Both the position numbers and the translations under genes were made by a program. Positions 1-11,533 of a DNA stretch of 64,000 bases are shown piece after piece. This DNA is from Phoronis australis. Its lineage: Eukaryota > Animalia > Phoronida. The notes below the pieces were generated by a model that was not told the DNA's origin, ran no database searches, and was given only the letters and a program-made list of their open reading frames with translations. The stretch's first letter is position 1; each line of letters begins with the position of its first letter. Where the stretch lies: the NCBI GenBank assembly GCA_002633005.1, contig NMRA01000096.1, positions 496,001 through 560,000 of the forward strand, read 5' to 3'.

Positions 1-277
1 TATCATGACAGTTAAATTATAGGCTATTTCAGGGTTTCAAAAGAACTGACAGTTGGTTACTACATGAGATCAGGTGCTACAAGCTGGGCTGTCTTGGGAT
101 GTGACCAGTATGGTCTCAAGGAATAATGAGCTGTCAGTTCATTGCGAGTCCAAAAATCACTTTTTCCTTGAATCAGGAGCAAGCTTAGACAAATTATATT
201 GCAGTGGATGATCGAAAAATCAAAAGTTCACTTCTTTGATGGAACGCGAGTTTATAGCCACTTTAAACGAATGTTAC

Positions 278-330
278 CTTTTCAGTGATTTTGGCGATAC
301 CCTAATCTTCAATAACTCCTCTGATAACAC
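278..330 (-). CDS. KLHDC2: KLHDC2-like exon 9 (VLSEELLKIRVSPKSLK, start of BC-box region)
   Basis: ttgcag acceptor and AG|gtaac donor; resembles human NEILIFSVQPKSLVR. Confidence 0.7.
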
Positions 331-3300
331 CTGCAATAAACAAGTTGTGTATTGACTTGCCAGCTGTCATCGATCAAAATTAAGTTAAATTCACAATTTA
401 ACTATGAAAGAGATTACGTCAAAATTAATTAGTTCCTTTGAATTGATGAAATGCCAACACTGCATTATAGGGCTCCGCTATTCTGCATCTTGGAGGGGTA
501 TTAAAATGAAGTCAAATAAGCCTTCTATTGTGGGTTGGGCATGCATGTCAAGTCAGCCTATGTATTATGGCTCAGCAAGCCTAGCGAAGTAAAAATTCTT
601 TAGTTTGGGACAAAAATGAATGCTAAAATTGTCACATTTCAAATTTTATGAGGCTTACCACATTGTTGTAAATACTCATAATATTACCAAATGTTGTTTG
701 GAAATAGCTACACCATACAAACCTTGCTTAAGGCAAAGTAAATTTTCCTTCAGTTATTTTTGTTGAGAAATTTGACAAAATAAAATTTCACGTGTCCCCC
801 ATATCGTGTAATCAACAAATCATCACCTGTTGCAATGCATGATAGTCATCAAGACTGAAAAAGCTCAAATTTAACAACAAAGTCATTTCTATAGACTGCA
901 CTGACAAGAATTTGGCTAAATGTGTAGACTTGTCAAATACATGTCCAACATATATTTATTATAAGTTCAATAAGAAACCAACTATCACTACTCTATCATG
1001 CTNNNNNNNNNNNNNNNNNNNNNNNNNNNNNNNNNNNNNNNNNNNNNNNNNNNNNNNNNNNNNNNNNNNNNNNNNNNNNNNNNNNNNNNNNNNNNNNNNN
1101 NNNNNNNNNNNNNNNNNNNNNNNNNNNNNNNNNNNNNNNNNNNNAGAGGGTGGTTTGAAGGGATGTGGTCGAGCTTCTCCCATTTATTTTGATCAACATC
1201 AAATAACCAACTGTCATCTGCAGAAACATTAGTCAGTATTAGTTTTCAGCAGGACCTGCTACATAAAAGAATCAACAGAGGATACGTTTTGACAATTACT
1301 CGCTAAAAACAATTTGCAAATGCCAATAACTGGTCTAATATTGAGTCAATGTTGAGTTCTGAGTGATTGGAACTTAACAGACAACAACCCTTATGTCTCA
1401 CAAACAGGAGTGTGATGCTAACAAACAAAAGGTTATCTTCTATATTCTCAGTTTTAGTTATTAGAAACTAATGGATGTGACATAAATGATAAAATATTTT
1501 ACTACCTAACGAAAGCTTAAAAAGGGGGCAGAAACAAGGCTATGGCTGGACCACTACATACAACAGCAGCACAGAAAAATCCAGTGGCAGCAATGAAAAA
1601 TCAAATGTCCAGTAGTTCATTGTTATTATTGATGTATCTCTAATAATTTGAACACTTGGCTTTCATCTCTAATAGTTCATATGGCCACTTCTGTTTCTAT
1701 TAATTGGAACATGAAGCTGTCAAGGGAAAAAGAGCTCGTACATTAGTGTATGAATTGTTAATGAAATGACCGTACTATGCTCTGCACCATTAAATGAAGT
1801 TGCTGTACCAATCGAATATGACGGCTGGGATCACGATCAACAGTAAGATATTTTTTTTATTTTCATAAACCCAAGGTCTAAGAATACCTGTATTACTTTG
1901 ACATTGTTCGTTGGGATCATGTAAACTGATATTATGTTTCCTGGACAAGGTACAGAAATTTTGTCTATCACCCCAGGATATGAGTAATTTTGAAGTGCCT
2001 AAAATTTCAAGCTCAACATCATCCCCTAAGAGTTGAGAAGAATGATTGGGGTACACAGCTAGAGTAAATATAAAATTTTTGATGTGTTTTGGCAGAACAT
2101 GAGTGACCACAAAAATTGATGTCCTTAGTAATGAAAACAATACTCTTAATTTGGGAGGCAATAGTAATTACCACTGCGGAAATGTTGTCCATATTCTGTT
2201 ATTTTTGGAGCTAAATTTGCTTCACCTTTGAGCGTCACGAAACCCCTAATTTCTTTTGTCATTGAATCGTTAAGAAATTGTTCTTTCAGAGGAGTGCAGC
2301 TCTCAACAGATAATTGCTAGAATTGGTTTCAGCTTTTTGTATAAATTTGGGCATTCAATTGTGATGTTTCACAGGTTTAATTAACAACTGAATTTACCAA
2401 AAATTAGAAAACTTGTCTTGATTATCATGTCATTGTGTCACCAACAAAAGGTGAGCGATTGGTGAGTAACCGTGCACATGTCACACCAGCATTTTGGTGA
2501 ACTGAAAAAGCTCGTTTTACCTACAGCAATGCGCGTGGTTCACATGCTATGACTATGAGAGTCCATGTTGACCGGCTGCACAGGATTTTTGGGAGCCACC
2601 ACTGAATTTAGCTGTAGTGTCATTTCCTCCTCTTGTTAAAGACAGTGACAAGGTAGCTACATGCCAAACTAACTAGGTAAATGGTGTTCTGTGCTACTAT
2701 AAACAGAAAGTAAAGAACAGGACCAATGTATTTTAATCACATATTCAAAGTTATCACAGATGTCAAAGCTAAAGAAAAACCCTTTTAATCAAATGGCAAC
2801 CAAATAAAGAATATAAATTTGGAGTATTTTCATTTTGGATCCAGCAACCTAAACATTTGACTGTCCCCAGCAAACTATTGGCCAAGTAATTTTTTGGTAA
2901 ACCAGACTCTACTGTTACAGCAGTTTTTAAGGAAAATTATACCCTCGCAGGGTTTTTGTAAAGAAAGGACTGATGTATTGTTTTTAATCAAAAAGCGACA
3001 GTAGTTAGTGGCATCAACGTAATCCCAAGAACATGAATAACAAATGAAGAAAACACACCGCACACGTCTTGAGCAGTGGTAAATCCACCGTACAGCAGGA
3101 TATGACTGGGAGAGACCGGAGAAAATATCTGCCACGACCGACCAGATGGCTCAGCACCTGATGGGAGTAACCTGAAAACAAGGAATTTATGTTCAACAAC
3201 ACTGTTATAACGTGAACTATTCAGACTTAAAACTAAAACGGATACGCTGTGGATTTGGAAAATAAATAAACACGTGGTTTGAACACACTGAATAGCCAGG

Positions 3301-6300
3301 AAATCTGTTAGGTTCTTAATAGTGGCTGGATACAGGATACAGCTTTGGAACATTTCAATTAATATATACTAAAGGAAAAACTAGAGTGTATTGTCTTGTT
3401 ATATCAAAACATTTAATGTTATGCAACAAATTGTTAGTGTATTTAACTAAATCTTTACAAAATTTTAATACAGTAAAAGTACATACTTCCTGAAAGTAAA
3501 AAGCCTGCAGAATTCAATTTTTGAGTTTAAACCAATCTGCAATTAATTGGATCACGTGACCACGACTTTTTTTTAGTAAATTTTAATAAAACAACTGTAT
3601 CAGCAACACGACCAAATTTTTTTCATATAAATGTTCAAAATGAGATCGCAAAAACGCTGTTATGATTTTCCGAAATATTATTTCGATTCCGTTTTAATCA
3701 GTTTTTTCATGAAAATTATCAAAATCCTATTTTTTGATAGAACTTCAAGCCAAACTGGAACATTTTAAAAACAATTCTTAGCAGCATTTTGGAGAACACT
3801 GCACAAAGTGTGGTGTCTGAAAGTTTCAGATGAATCCGATCTTTCATTTCTTAGATCTAATGCCCCAGAGTTTACCAAATTTGTCCTACATAACCTGAAA
3901 GCTACGTGTAAAGCTCACTTCCCTCAATTTTGATGGTGATTGCCCGTTCTAGTGGAAGAGAGGTTTCATGCTCGAACATGTCATCAATGAGAAAATGTGT
4001 AGCCCAGGCTGACTAATCACTAGCTTGACACTTCTTTATCATTCGATAATTCAGTAAAAAAAGACTAGTGTTTTTTGAAAACACTTTAACCAACAATATT
4101 TTATATCATAAATTAATAGCTAAAAAATTGACTGCTCTCTATGTTTTGGAAACAACGCAAGTATTGACAGAACTCGGCTCATCGCCATTTTGTTTTTTTG
4201 GGGTCAATTTGATACCGTAATTGGTTTAAGCATGCACACAAAGTGTCCTCTTATGGGCATAACTGAGCAAGCTCATCTGACTGGAGGATAACTCACCTGG
4301 TTGCCATTAGAGAAGTAAGATCCAGTGAGAACAGATCGTTCATCCTCCTATTTAAGCACCTTCCTCCAAAAATGTACACATGTGAACCAATCTTGACACC
4401 AGAGTGCGCTGCTCTTGGTTGGATTGTTTCACCCTTATCCAATAAATGAGAAATTTAAAAAGTCCATCAACAGAATCTGCAAATAGTCTCNNNNNNNNNN
4501 NNNNNNNNNNNNNNNNNNNNNNNNNNNNNNNNNNNNNNNNNNNNNNNNNNNNNNNNNNNNNNNNNNNNNNNNNNNNNNNNNNNNNNNNNNNNNNNNNNNN
4601 NNNNNNNNNNNNNTAAGACATTTACTAGTGGGGATTATCTTACTCATGTGGAAAATTTTAAGGTGTGCACAAAGCAATTCACTTAAGTCGCTATGGTGGC
4701 ATAGGCGTTGCCATGGTGATGTCCTTTCTAACATGAGAGGTCAAACGTTTACCTATGTGCTGACATCTATTGCTAAAGCATCACTGTGACAAGACAGGGC
4801 TGAATTATTGCCTACTTTAATAAACTTTGAGAGCTTAACAAACAATGCTTTTCTGATAAACAATTACTTATGTACACTTCCAGCAATAATATTTAATAGA
4901 ATAAGTATGAATTTTAAGTCACAAAACTGAGCGCTTCTGAACAGTCATATTTCACAGGCAGTACAGGAATCTTCCCTGATTTTGCCTCACCCCTCATCGT
5001 TTATACGTTGTGGTAAATGTGATCAGCCACAAGCATATGCAAAGTGGTAATACCTTTTGATCGTAAAACACATCACAGAATCAACAGGTATAGGTAGGCT
5101 GCGTGATCATTCTTAAATGAAAAAGCTGCAGTCGGCCGAGTTTAGGTGTCAATGTTGGTTTCTTAACTGAATTGCTTTGGGGTTTAAAAACATTGCTAAG
5201 CTCATTAAATCTTGAATTATTGGCGAATGAGCCGGCAACTCAAGTCAAAGGCAGGCAGTGCAGCTTTTCAAATAACTGAGGCTTTGACCAGAACCAATTG
5301 CGCTATTTTTGGGCTTAATTACTTGACTAGTTTATGTTTTGAAATGTTAAACTTTTTTTACCTTGATGCAAGGGTTTGACCATTCTCCGGAAATTAAATC
5401 AAACACAACCAGCTGGTTTGTCCAACATTTTGGGTAGGACTGAAATAGATATACAACAAAAATATTCCACACACTGTCCATACAATTTGATATTTGGAAG
5501 TCATTTTCAACTGCTGGAGTTACACAAACTTAATCTAAATGGATAAACGCTGAAACAAAGTTTCATAACATCATTAGCCGAGATCAAAAAGTGCAGTCAT
5601 TGTTAATTCTTGCACCATTCGATGTTGTTACCTTAAATTGGCATTAGGAGGCACAGTGATAGTTGGATCCATCTGTTGACAAGTTCAATATGAAAATACT
5701 TGCCAAATTCTACAAAGATCCCACTAGAAGTTTAAGAGATACAGTCGCGGATGCCACAGTAGTTAGACCACTTTGAAAATCAAAGTTGTACTCGTATCAG
5801 TATGAACACACTTGCCAATTTTCATAATGATCCTGCGACCAGTTTGACAGAAAATAATAAAAATGACCACTAGGTGGTGCAGAATCCATCCGAAAGTTAA
5901 ACATTAAATGTTGCTTCTACAATAGAAAGCCATTTGCTGAATTTCATGAAACCTGTAAGGAAACTCTGAAGATACAGAAGCAAATACAAAAAATAACCTT
6001 GCCACTAGGGGGCTCAACGGTAGTTGAGTTGGCGTAAATCTCATCCTTATCTGCACCATTTCATTAAGATCCTACAAAGGGATTAAGAAATGGAACAGCA
6101 GATGTCAGATGCTCAAACAGAGATGACATCAGCATACACCCCTGATGTATTTGAGGGTGCATAAAAACATTAACATTAGTCAATAAACAGTTACCCATGT
6201 GGCTGCATCCGGTATTTGAAATCCATTCTCGTTCAGGTATTCCCCATCAGTTAAAGCAAGAGCAAACCCACCAAAGTAGAACAATCTGAAAAATTTCCAA

Positions 6301-9300
6301 CCAAATAAATATTTAACTTGGCAAACCTAGAAATCTGACCAACATGGCTTAAGTCCCATTCAAGTTCGAAAAACAATGCTTTGGTTCGTGTTTCTGGGTG
6401 GAACCCTTTTTCGCTTATTTAATACTGTGAGTGCTTATTTAATACTAATTTACTGTGAGTGCTTATTTAATACTGTGAGTTAGCACACGAATTAGGCACG
6501 ACGAAATCATGGACTGAATGCAGTTTATTGATAGCTTCATTAGGTAGAATTCATCGCCGTTATGCACTGTGTTGCTTTATCCCAGTTTGAAGTTTGCCCT
6601 TTCGGTTTGATCTAATTAGTTTGTCCATGACTTGTCAAAATAATCAGGCTCCATAAAAGCTAGTCAAATTTAATTGAAAGTGTTGCAGGGAAACCAAACA
6701 AGCACAGCGGGTCCAAAGATACTTCATCCAAAGAATAAACCTGTAGACAACACACGGTCAAAGAATTTACACTGTCAAGTTCTAGTAATTATCAAATAAC
6801 ACTCTTAAACTCATCTACAACTTTTGGGATTCTAAATTCATCTGCTCTTACCACGAGACCAGATTTTGTCTTAATGCATTCCACAAAACTATTTCTGACA
6901 ACTAATTTAATACCACATTAACAATGAAAGAACAAAGTCTATGACAATTTACCCATAATTGCAAACTAAACGGGTAATTTGTATAAATCACTGCTTAAGT
7001 ATGAAGTGTGAACAATTACATTGCAAAATTTGTTTTCAGTAACAGCGATTTGGGAGCACAAGACAAAATTTTTTACTTATGCCTTAAGTAACTTCTCATG
7101 AAACGAGTCCTGGGACACCTCCATAACACCAAAACAACACCATAACACCAACACCATAACACCAACATAACATCAACACAACACCAACACCAAAACACCA
7201 ACACCATAACATCAACACAACACCAACACCATAACATCAACAAAACACCAACACCATAACACCAACATAACACCAACACCATAACACCAACATAACACCA
7301 ACACCATAACACCAACACCATAACACCAACACAACACCAACACCACAACACCAACACCAACACCAACATCATAACCTCTGGGTTTGCAATACACACTTGT
7401 CACCGTAACTCCATCCAGTACACTTGTCTCTCGGAGTTGGACACTTGCCAACAGCGTCTACTTTCCTCCACCGCAGATCACGCGAGGGGTTAAAGTCCAG
7501 TGCATAGAGATCATTAATAGTGCCTTCCATGGTGTGACCACCGAATATGTACAGAGTTGTGTGAACTACAATAGCACAACTGCCAGACACACCTGGCTGT
7601 GGAGAGTCAAACACCATAAAGTGTTCATGAGGGTTGTCGGGACGTTTTACCGTCTTCAGATACCTAAAAGACAAAGATGCAATAATTAAGACATCTATGG
7701 ACAGACGTAGGTTGAGACTCCTTGCTTCAAGTAAAGTGCTTGTTTGTAATGTTAATAAGCCAAAATGTGATCTTCTATTTTCTTCTTAAAAACAGTGTGC
7801 TTATTTCACTTTTCATGTTTAACCAATGCTAAGACAAGTGGTGTTGTATAAATTTCTAAAATATATCGATGTATTGACACCAATCTCTATCCTACTTACA
7901 TTGGCATGACATTTCAGTTGCTCATATCTCTGGCCACCTTCAGGTGTCTCATGAACAAACATGGGTATCACGTAAACTCTTTAAACAGGGTATAGGTTGG
8001 TGTAAACAAACCATTTAATTTTATAAAACAATGCAACATATTGTTGTTTTAATTCCCTTTCACTTTTTCAACAAGATTTGAAAACCAGTGAAAATGAGTT
8101 GCCAAAGTGGCAAGCCCAAGGTGCATAGAATGCTGCTGTCAATCATTAAACCATGGAAGATTGTCTTTAATTAGAGTATCAGTAAATTGCAAATATAGGG
8201 CAGTCAATCTTAGTCAGACATGAAATAAAACAAGGCTGCAACTTAATAAAAATAATTGCAGTAGGTCGGGTACTCTTGGAATCAGACATTGGCACTGATT
8301 AACATATAGTTAAAACCGAGCAGAGGATCTGACTCAATGTTCCAGCATTGTGCTGCAGTAGAATTCAAACCCACAACTTTGAGTAAAAGAAGCGGACACT
8401 CATCCCACTAGGTGGCACTGCCTTCTCTAGCTGCAACTTTATGGAAGTCCAATATATTAAAACAATACCATTGCTTAGAGAACTTCAATGTAGACACTGG
8501 TTATTTGTAAGGAAATTGTACAAAACACTGACATTTTTAAAGTGCTGTTGGCAAACCAAAATTCCTGGTGTGGAATTGTAATACGTTAACTGAAAATCGT
8601 ACATAAGTCAAAATTAACACTTGGCAGATTGGCTCACCGCAGTTTCTTCTAAAATGAACCCACATCTGAATCAGACAAATGTTTCACCCCCTGCTAGAGC
8701 CTGTACCTACCACAAAGCCAGTTCTGTGTCATACATCCACAAATGAAGCGGAGTTATGTAATCCTCCTCTTGCATAACCAGCTGGTACTGTAAAGGAAAC
8801 ATTGTAGGCCTACTGAATGAACTGGAATAGCTCAGCTGTCCCAAACACCACAACACCCTATATGATTTGACTGTATCTCATATGTTTGAGTCAGTAGGCC
8901 ACTACCCCACAATTGTGCTCTGCTGCCGTGCAGTAATCACCATTTTACATCACAATTACGTTACCATTCATCATTGTAAGGCCAACAAACTTTAAAATTA
9001 TTATTCAATAATGACTTATAATGCTGACATAGAAAAGCTAAAACATTCTTCATTAGTCCAACTCAAATCAGAAGTGTGAAAGTAGCTCTATCTTACAAAA
9101 ACTATCATTCAATAATTTTTTTTCATAGAGAACTGATTAAGTTAGTAATATGATTGAATTATAAGCAGTGACAACATCTGCTGACAAAAATTTGCTCATG
9201 CAGAAATTAAGTTAAAGAGTTAATTTGAACAAAATGGCTTCTCTTATTTGTAGTTCAATTCATATCTGGTGCATACACATGGCAATGTGTTAAGAATCTC

Positions 9301-10095
9301 TTCATCCTTTGACTACAAGGGAAGTGTGCTCAGTCAGGATTGCCGCATGCATAAATACGGTTTTCAGAATCACTCTCAAAGATGACACCATAGCAGCGTC
9401 GGATTTAGAGAGGGCCAAGGGGCTATGCCCCCCCCCCCCNCCCCCCCCCCCCCCCTACAACTCTCCCACACTTCATTTGGCAGTTGGGTGGTATGAATGT
9501 CTGACGGGTGAAATCCTGGCTGATATTCTGCCCTGCCCCCCAACTCAAAATCTTGGATCTGCTCCTGGACACTAACTGCTGATGATTGCAGTGAAAAATC
9601 ACACCTGGTCCAAATTATGAACCCGGCACCTCTTGCTTCAATACCAGGTGTCCTAACCAGTCGACCAAAGAGCAATTGCCCATACACTAGTGATTAAGAG
9701 AAGCCTTTATATTAATTACCGTATTGGTCTGGGTTAATTGGGAATCTAAAAAACAGGGATGGTCGGTAAGCTGAGCATAGGCGGTAACCCGGACGAGTAC
9801 GGTACTACTGTAGATTCACCACATGACTTTCAGACATTGAAAACTTCTATAGCGCTATTTGAGATGAAGTCAAATCTGATAAAAGAGTCGCTTTTAAGTA
9901 AATGTTGTAATCATGTAAAGCACAACAAAATATAACAAGATTGCCAACCAAGGCAATCCAACATCAAGCCATCAATCAAGGCGCCACACTTACGTTGTAA
10001 CCTCCCCAAATCAGCAAATACCTTCCCAACATGACACCAATATGACCAATTCGTGCTGGGGGCCAACACTGACATTTTGCAGTCTCAACTTCCAT
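278..10095 (-). CDS. KLHDC2: Kelch domain-containing protein 2-like (KLHDC1/2 family CRL2 substrate receptor), multi-exon, 3' end beyond the window
   Basis: Phase-consistent GT-AG exons: 9994-10095, 8711-8787, 7397-7663, 6195-6285, 5362-5439, 4297-4433, 3059-3171, 1145-1217 (runs into N gap), 278-330. Motifs PARIGH..LLIWGGY, SGSCA..LYIFGGH, PRDK..LFYFGGF, PRAAH..VYIFGGR..RMNDL, GRSWQ..LLYGGF and VSPKSL follow human KLHDC2 in order. An alternative in-frame ATG lies at 10104. Confidence 0.85.
1145..1217 (-). CDS. KLHDC2: KLHDC2-like exon 8, partial (DSWLFDVDQNKWEKLDHIPSNHP)
   Basis: tttctgcag acceptor with the correct phase; continues into N gap 1003-1144. Confidence 0.7.
3059..3171 (-). CDS. 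KLHDC2: KLHDC2-like exon 7 (LLPSGAEPSGRSWQIFSPVSPSHILLYGGFTTAQDVC)
   Basis: Kelch blade; ttttcag acceptor; the donor position is less certain. Confidence 0.8.
3500..3900 (+). repeat. Dispersed non-coding repeat (probable non-autonomous DNA transposon), related to 30730-31097
   Basis: Shares gtgtctgaaagtttca(g/t)atgaatc(c/g)gat with the reverse complement of the 30830-30860 region; ends approximate. Confidence 0.5.
4297..4433 (-). CDS. KLHDC2: KLHDC2-like exon 6 (GETIQPRAAHSGVKIGSHVYIFGGRCLNRRMNDLFSLDL)
   Basis: Strong kelch motif; AG|gtgagt donor. Confidence 0.88.
5362..5439 (-). CDS. KLHDC2: KLHDC2-like exon 5 (SYPKCWTNQLVVFDLISGEWSNPCIK)
   Basis: tttcag acceptor, AAG|gta donor, phase 0-0. 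Confidence 0.85.
5630..6168 (+). mobile_element. Degenerate copy of the DINE-1/HINE-like repeat family (see 20181-21116)
   Basis: Shares ccactaggtggtgc..aatccatccgaaa, gccactagggggc, aaagatcc..gagatacag..gcggatg and the gagatgac..gcata..ataaaaa 3' end; ends approximate. Confidence 0.65.
6195..6285 (-). CDS. KLHDC2: KLHDC2-like exon 4 (LFYFGGFALALTDGEYLNENGFQIPDAATW)
   Basis: ttttcag acceptor, TGG|gtaac donor, phase fits neighbours. Confidence 0.85.
6413..6480. repeat. Short tandem repeat (gcttatttaatactgtgagt, about 3 copies)
   Basis: Directly visible imperfect ~20-bp unit. Confidence 0.7.
7122..7375. repeat. Compound microsatellite (ACACCA / ACCATA / ACATCA)n
   Basis: Low-complexity A/C tract next to KLHDC2-like exon 3. 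Confidence 0.9.
7397..7663 (-). CDS. KLHDC2: KLHDC2-like exon 3 (YLKTV...SGSCAIVVHTTLYIFGGH...PRDKCTGWSYGDK)
   Basis: Kelch blade inside ORF 7369-7674; ttttag acceptor, AA|gtgtgt donor. Confidence 0.88.
8250..8430 (-). mobile_element. tRNA-derived SINE-like repeat, copy 1
   Basis: Minus strand reads GCAGTGCCACCTAGTGGGA...GGGTTTGAATTC (A/B-box-like); clearly homologous to 19550-19787. Confidence 0.65.
8711..8787 (-). CDS. KLHDC2: KLHDC2-like exon 2 (YQLVMQEEDYITPLHLWMYDTELALW)
   Basis: tttacag acceptor, TG|gtaggt donor; resembles human YLPREELWIYNMETGRW. Confidence 0.85.
9394..9567. mobile_element. Small MITE-like element with poly-C tract
   Basis: Imperfect terminal inverted repeats cagcgtcggatttag ... 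cttggatctgctcctg. Confidence 0.4.
9719..9802. mobile_element. 84-bp internally deleted MITE with TA flanks (same family as 59429-60569)
   Basis: ta|ccgtattggtctgggtta ... taacccggacgagtacgg|ta imperfect TIRs. Confidence 0.65.
9994..10095 (-). CDS. KLHDC2: KLHDC2-like first coding exon (MEVETAKCQCWPPARIGHIGVMLGRYLLIWGGYN)
   Basis: ATG, first kelch blade, AAC|gtaagt donor. Confidence 0.85.
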
Positions 10096-10374
10096 GTACA
10101 CCATTCATATTACACACGTCTAGTCACTGGTAAGCTGGTAAAATACGTTTGTTTTGAATGCATCTTACAAAACCGGAATTAAACTAACTTTTCATAAAAA
10201 ACATTTCCAAGGTTTCATAAATTTTATGTATATAATTAGTAAAAATGTAATTAATCATATAAAAAATAAATATTTTACAATTTAAATATAATTATTAGAA
10301 TTTCAATTATGATACAGTAATAATTATTCTAAAACAAAATACATAGCTTTTTATAAATTGTAGTTTTGTCTTAC

Positions 10375-10464
10375 CATGTCCGTGTACTTTCCACTTCCGG
10401 AAATAAGTTCTGCGACCACAGCAAATGTCTTTAAAAGTTGCAATGAGCGAATAACCTGACCAAG
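10375..10464. promoter_or_regulatory. Putative compact bidirectional promoter and 5' UTR first exons of KLHDC2-like (-) and TAF1C-like (+)
   Basis: Outward-facing donors ATG|gtaaga (-, 10373) and AAG|gtgagt (+, 10465) flank an overlapping double ETS site acttccggaaat (10393-10404). Confidence 0.55.
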
Positions 10465-10965
10465 GTGAGTTATTATAATGACAATGTGTTGAAAAATTTG
10501 ATGACACCAAGATTTGATCAAGAGTTCCCCATATAAGAGCCGAGCGTCCAAACAAGGGGAAGGGAATTGGTGGTGTGAGCAGGAGTATTGAAATTCTAAT
10601 TTTTTACTAGTGTCGCATTTCATTGCCATTGTGGCATTGTGCGGCTAATAAGATAACCTCGGGAAAACTTTTTCTCCTAAAATTTCAAGAAATGAGAAAA
10701 GTTTTATGGCCTGGCAGCCGCAAGAGCTGCAAGTTTAAAACAATTATTTGTTTTTGCTCCGAACATACAGCGGCATAAAATGCAGAGTTCAAACACAAAG
10801 TCGCCTATAGTTAAAGTTTTTAGAAATTCATGCTTAAAGAAAAAGTGACTCTTTCACAAAAATGGCAGTAGCAAGATTATTTACCAACTGTGCCTAATTT
10901 ATAGGCTTGCATTAAGATTAAGATTTTTTAGGTATCAATCAATCAGAAAACGCATTCTTTTATTG

Positions 10966-11533
10966 TGTAGTAGCCGAGATTACCCGACCCAGGAATCGAA
11001 CCAGCGACCCCTATAAAACCGACAAGCGTGCTAACCATTCAGCTAGTAGGCAATTGCCTGTTAACGAGTAGCTAACAGAGGCTCATATGATTCACTGGAA
11101 GCATATCTACAACATTCCCCCCTTCCCTACGGAACGGGCACGCCACCAGTAAGGTCAACACCAGGATGTCTCGCATACAGGTCATCAATGTTCCTTGGTA
11201 CCTTTACCACCAGAACACAGGTGAACACAAGGTAGTCTCTCATACAGGTCCTTGACTCCTGGAACCTTCCATGCGCGCCATCCCGAGGTCCGTGGGTACT
11301 AGGTGGCAGTGCTTCATCGGTAGATCATCTGTTTGCCGACTATGCCATTTGTAGTAATAGCCGATCGATTACCCGATCCAGGAATCGAACCAGTGACCCC
11401 CATAAAACCGGCAAACGTGCTAACCATTCAGCTAACGGGCAATTGCCTATTAGCTGAATAGTTAGCACGCTTGCCGGTTTTATGGGGGTCGCTGGTTCGA
11501 TCCCCGGGTCGGGTAATCTCGGCTATTACTACA
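10966..11533 (-). mobile_element. Non-autonomous miniature LTR retrotransposon (TRIM) with tRNA-like LTRs (Helenus-type)
   Basis: 4-bp TSD ATTG (10962-10965 and 11534-11537); TG..CA LTRs 10966-11114 and 11350-11533; PBS TGGCATAGTCGGCA (11334-11347, -); PPT AGGGAAGGGGGGAA (11115-11128, -); A box TAGCTGAATGG and B box GGTTCGATTCC inside the LTR. Confidence 0.85.

Noticed and set aside
1790-2161. 123-aa minus-strand ORF within a KLHDC2-like intron
   Set aside because: No kelch or other motif; exons 7 and 8 join in phase without it
7073-7451. Val/Cys/Trp-rich ORFs
   Set aside because: They are translations of the ACACCA microsatellite, with no gene structure
10980-11520. Three tRNA-gene-like A/B-box segments
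   Set aside because: No acceptor or anticodon stems can be formed; they are parts of the TRIM LTRs
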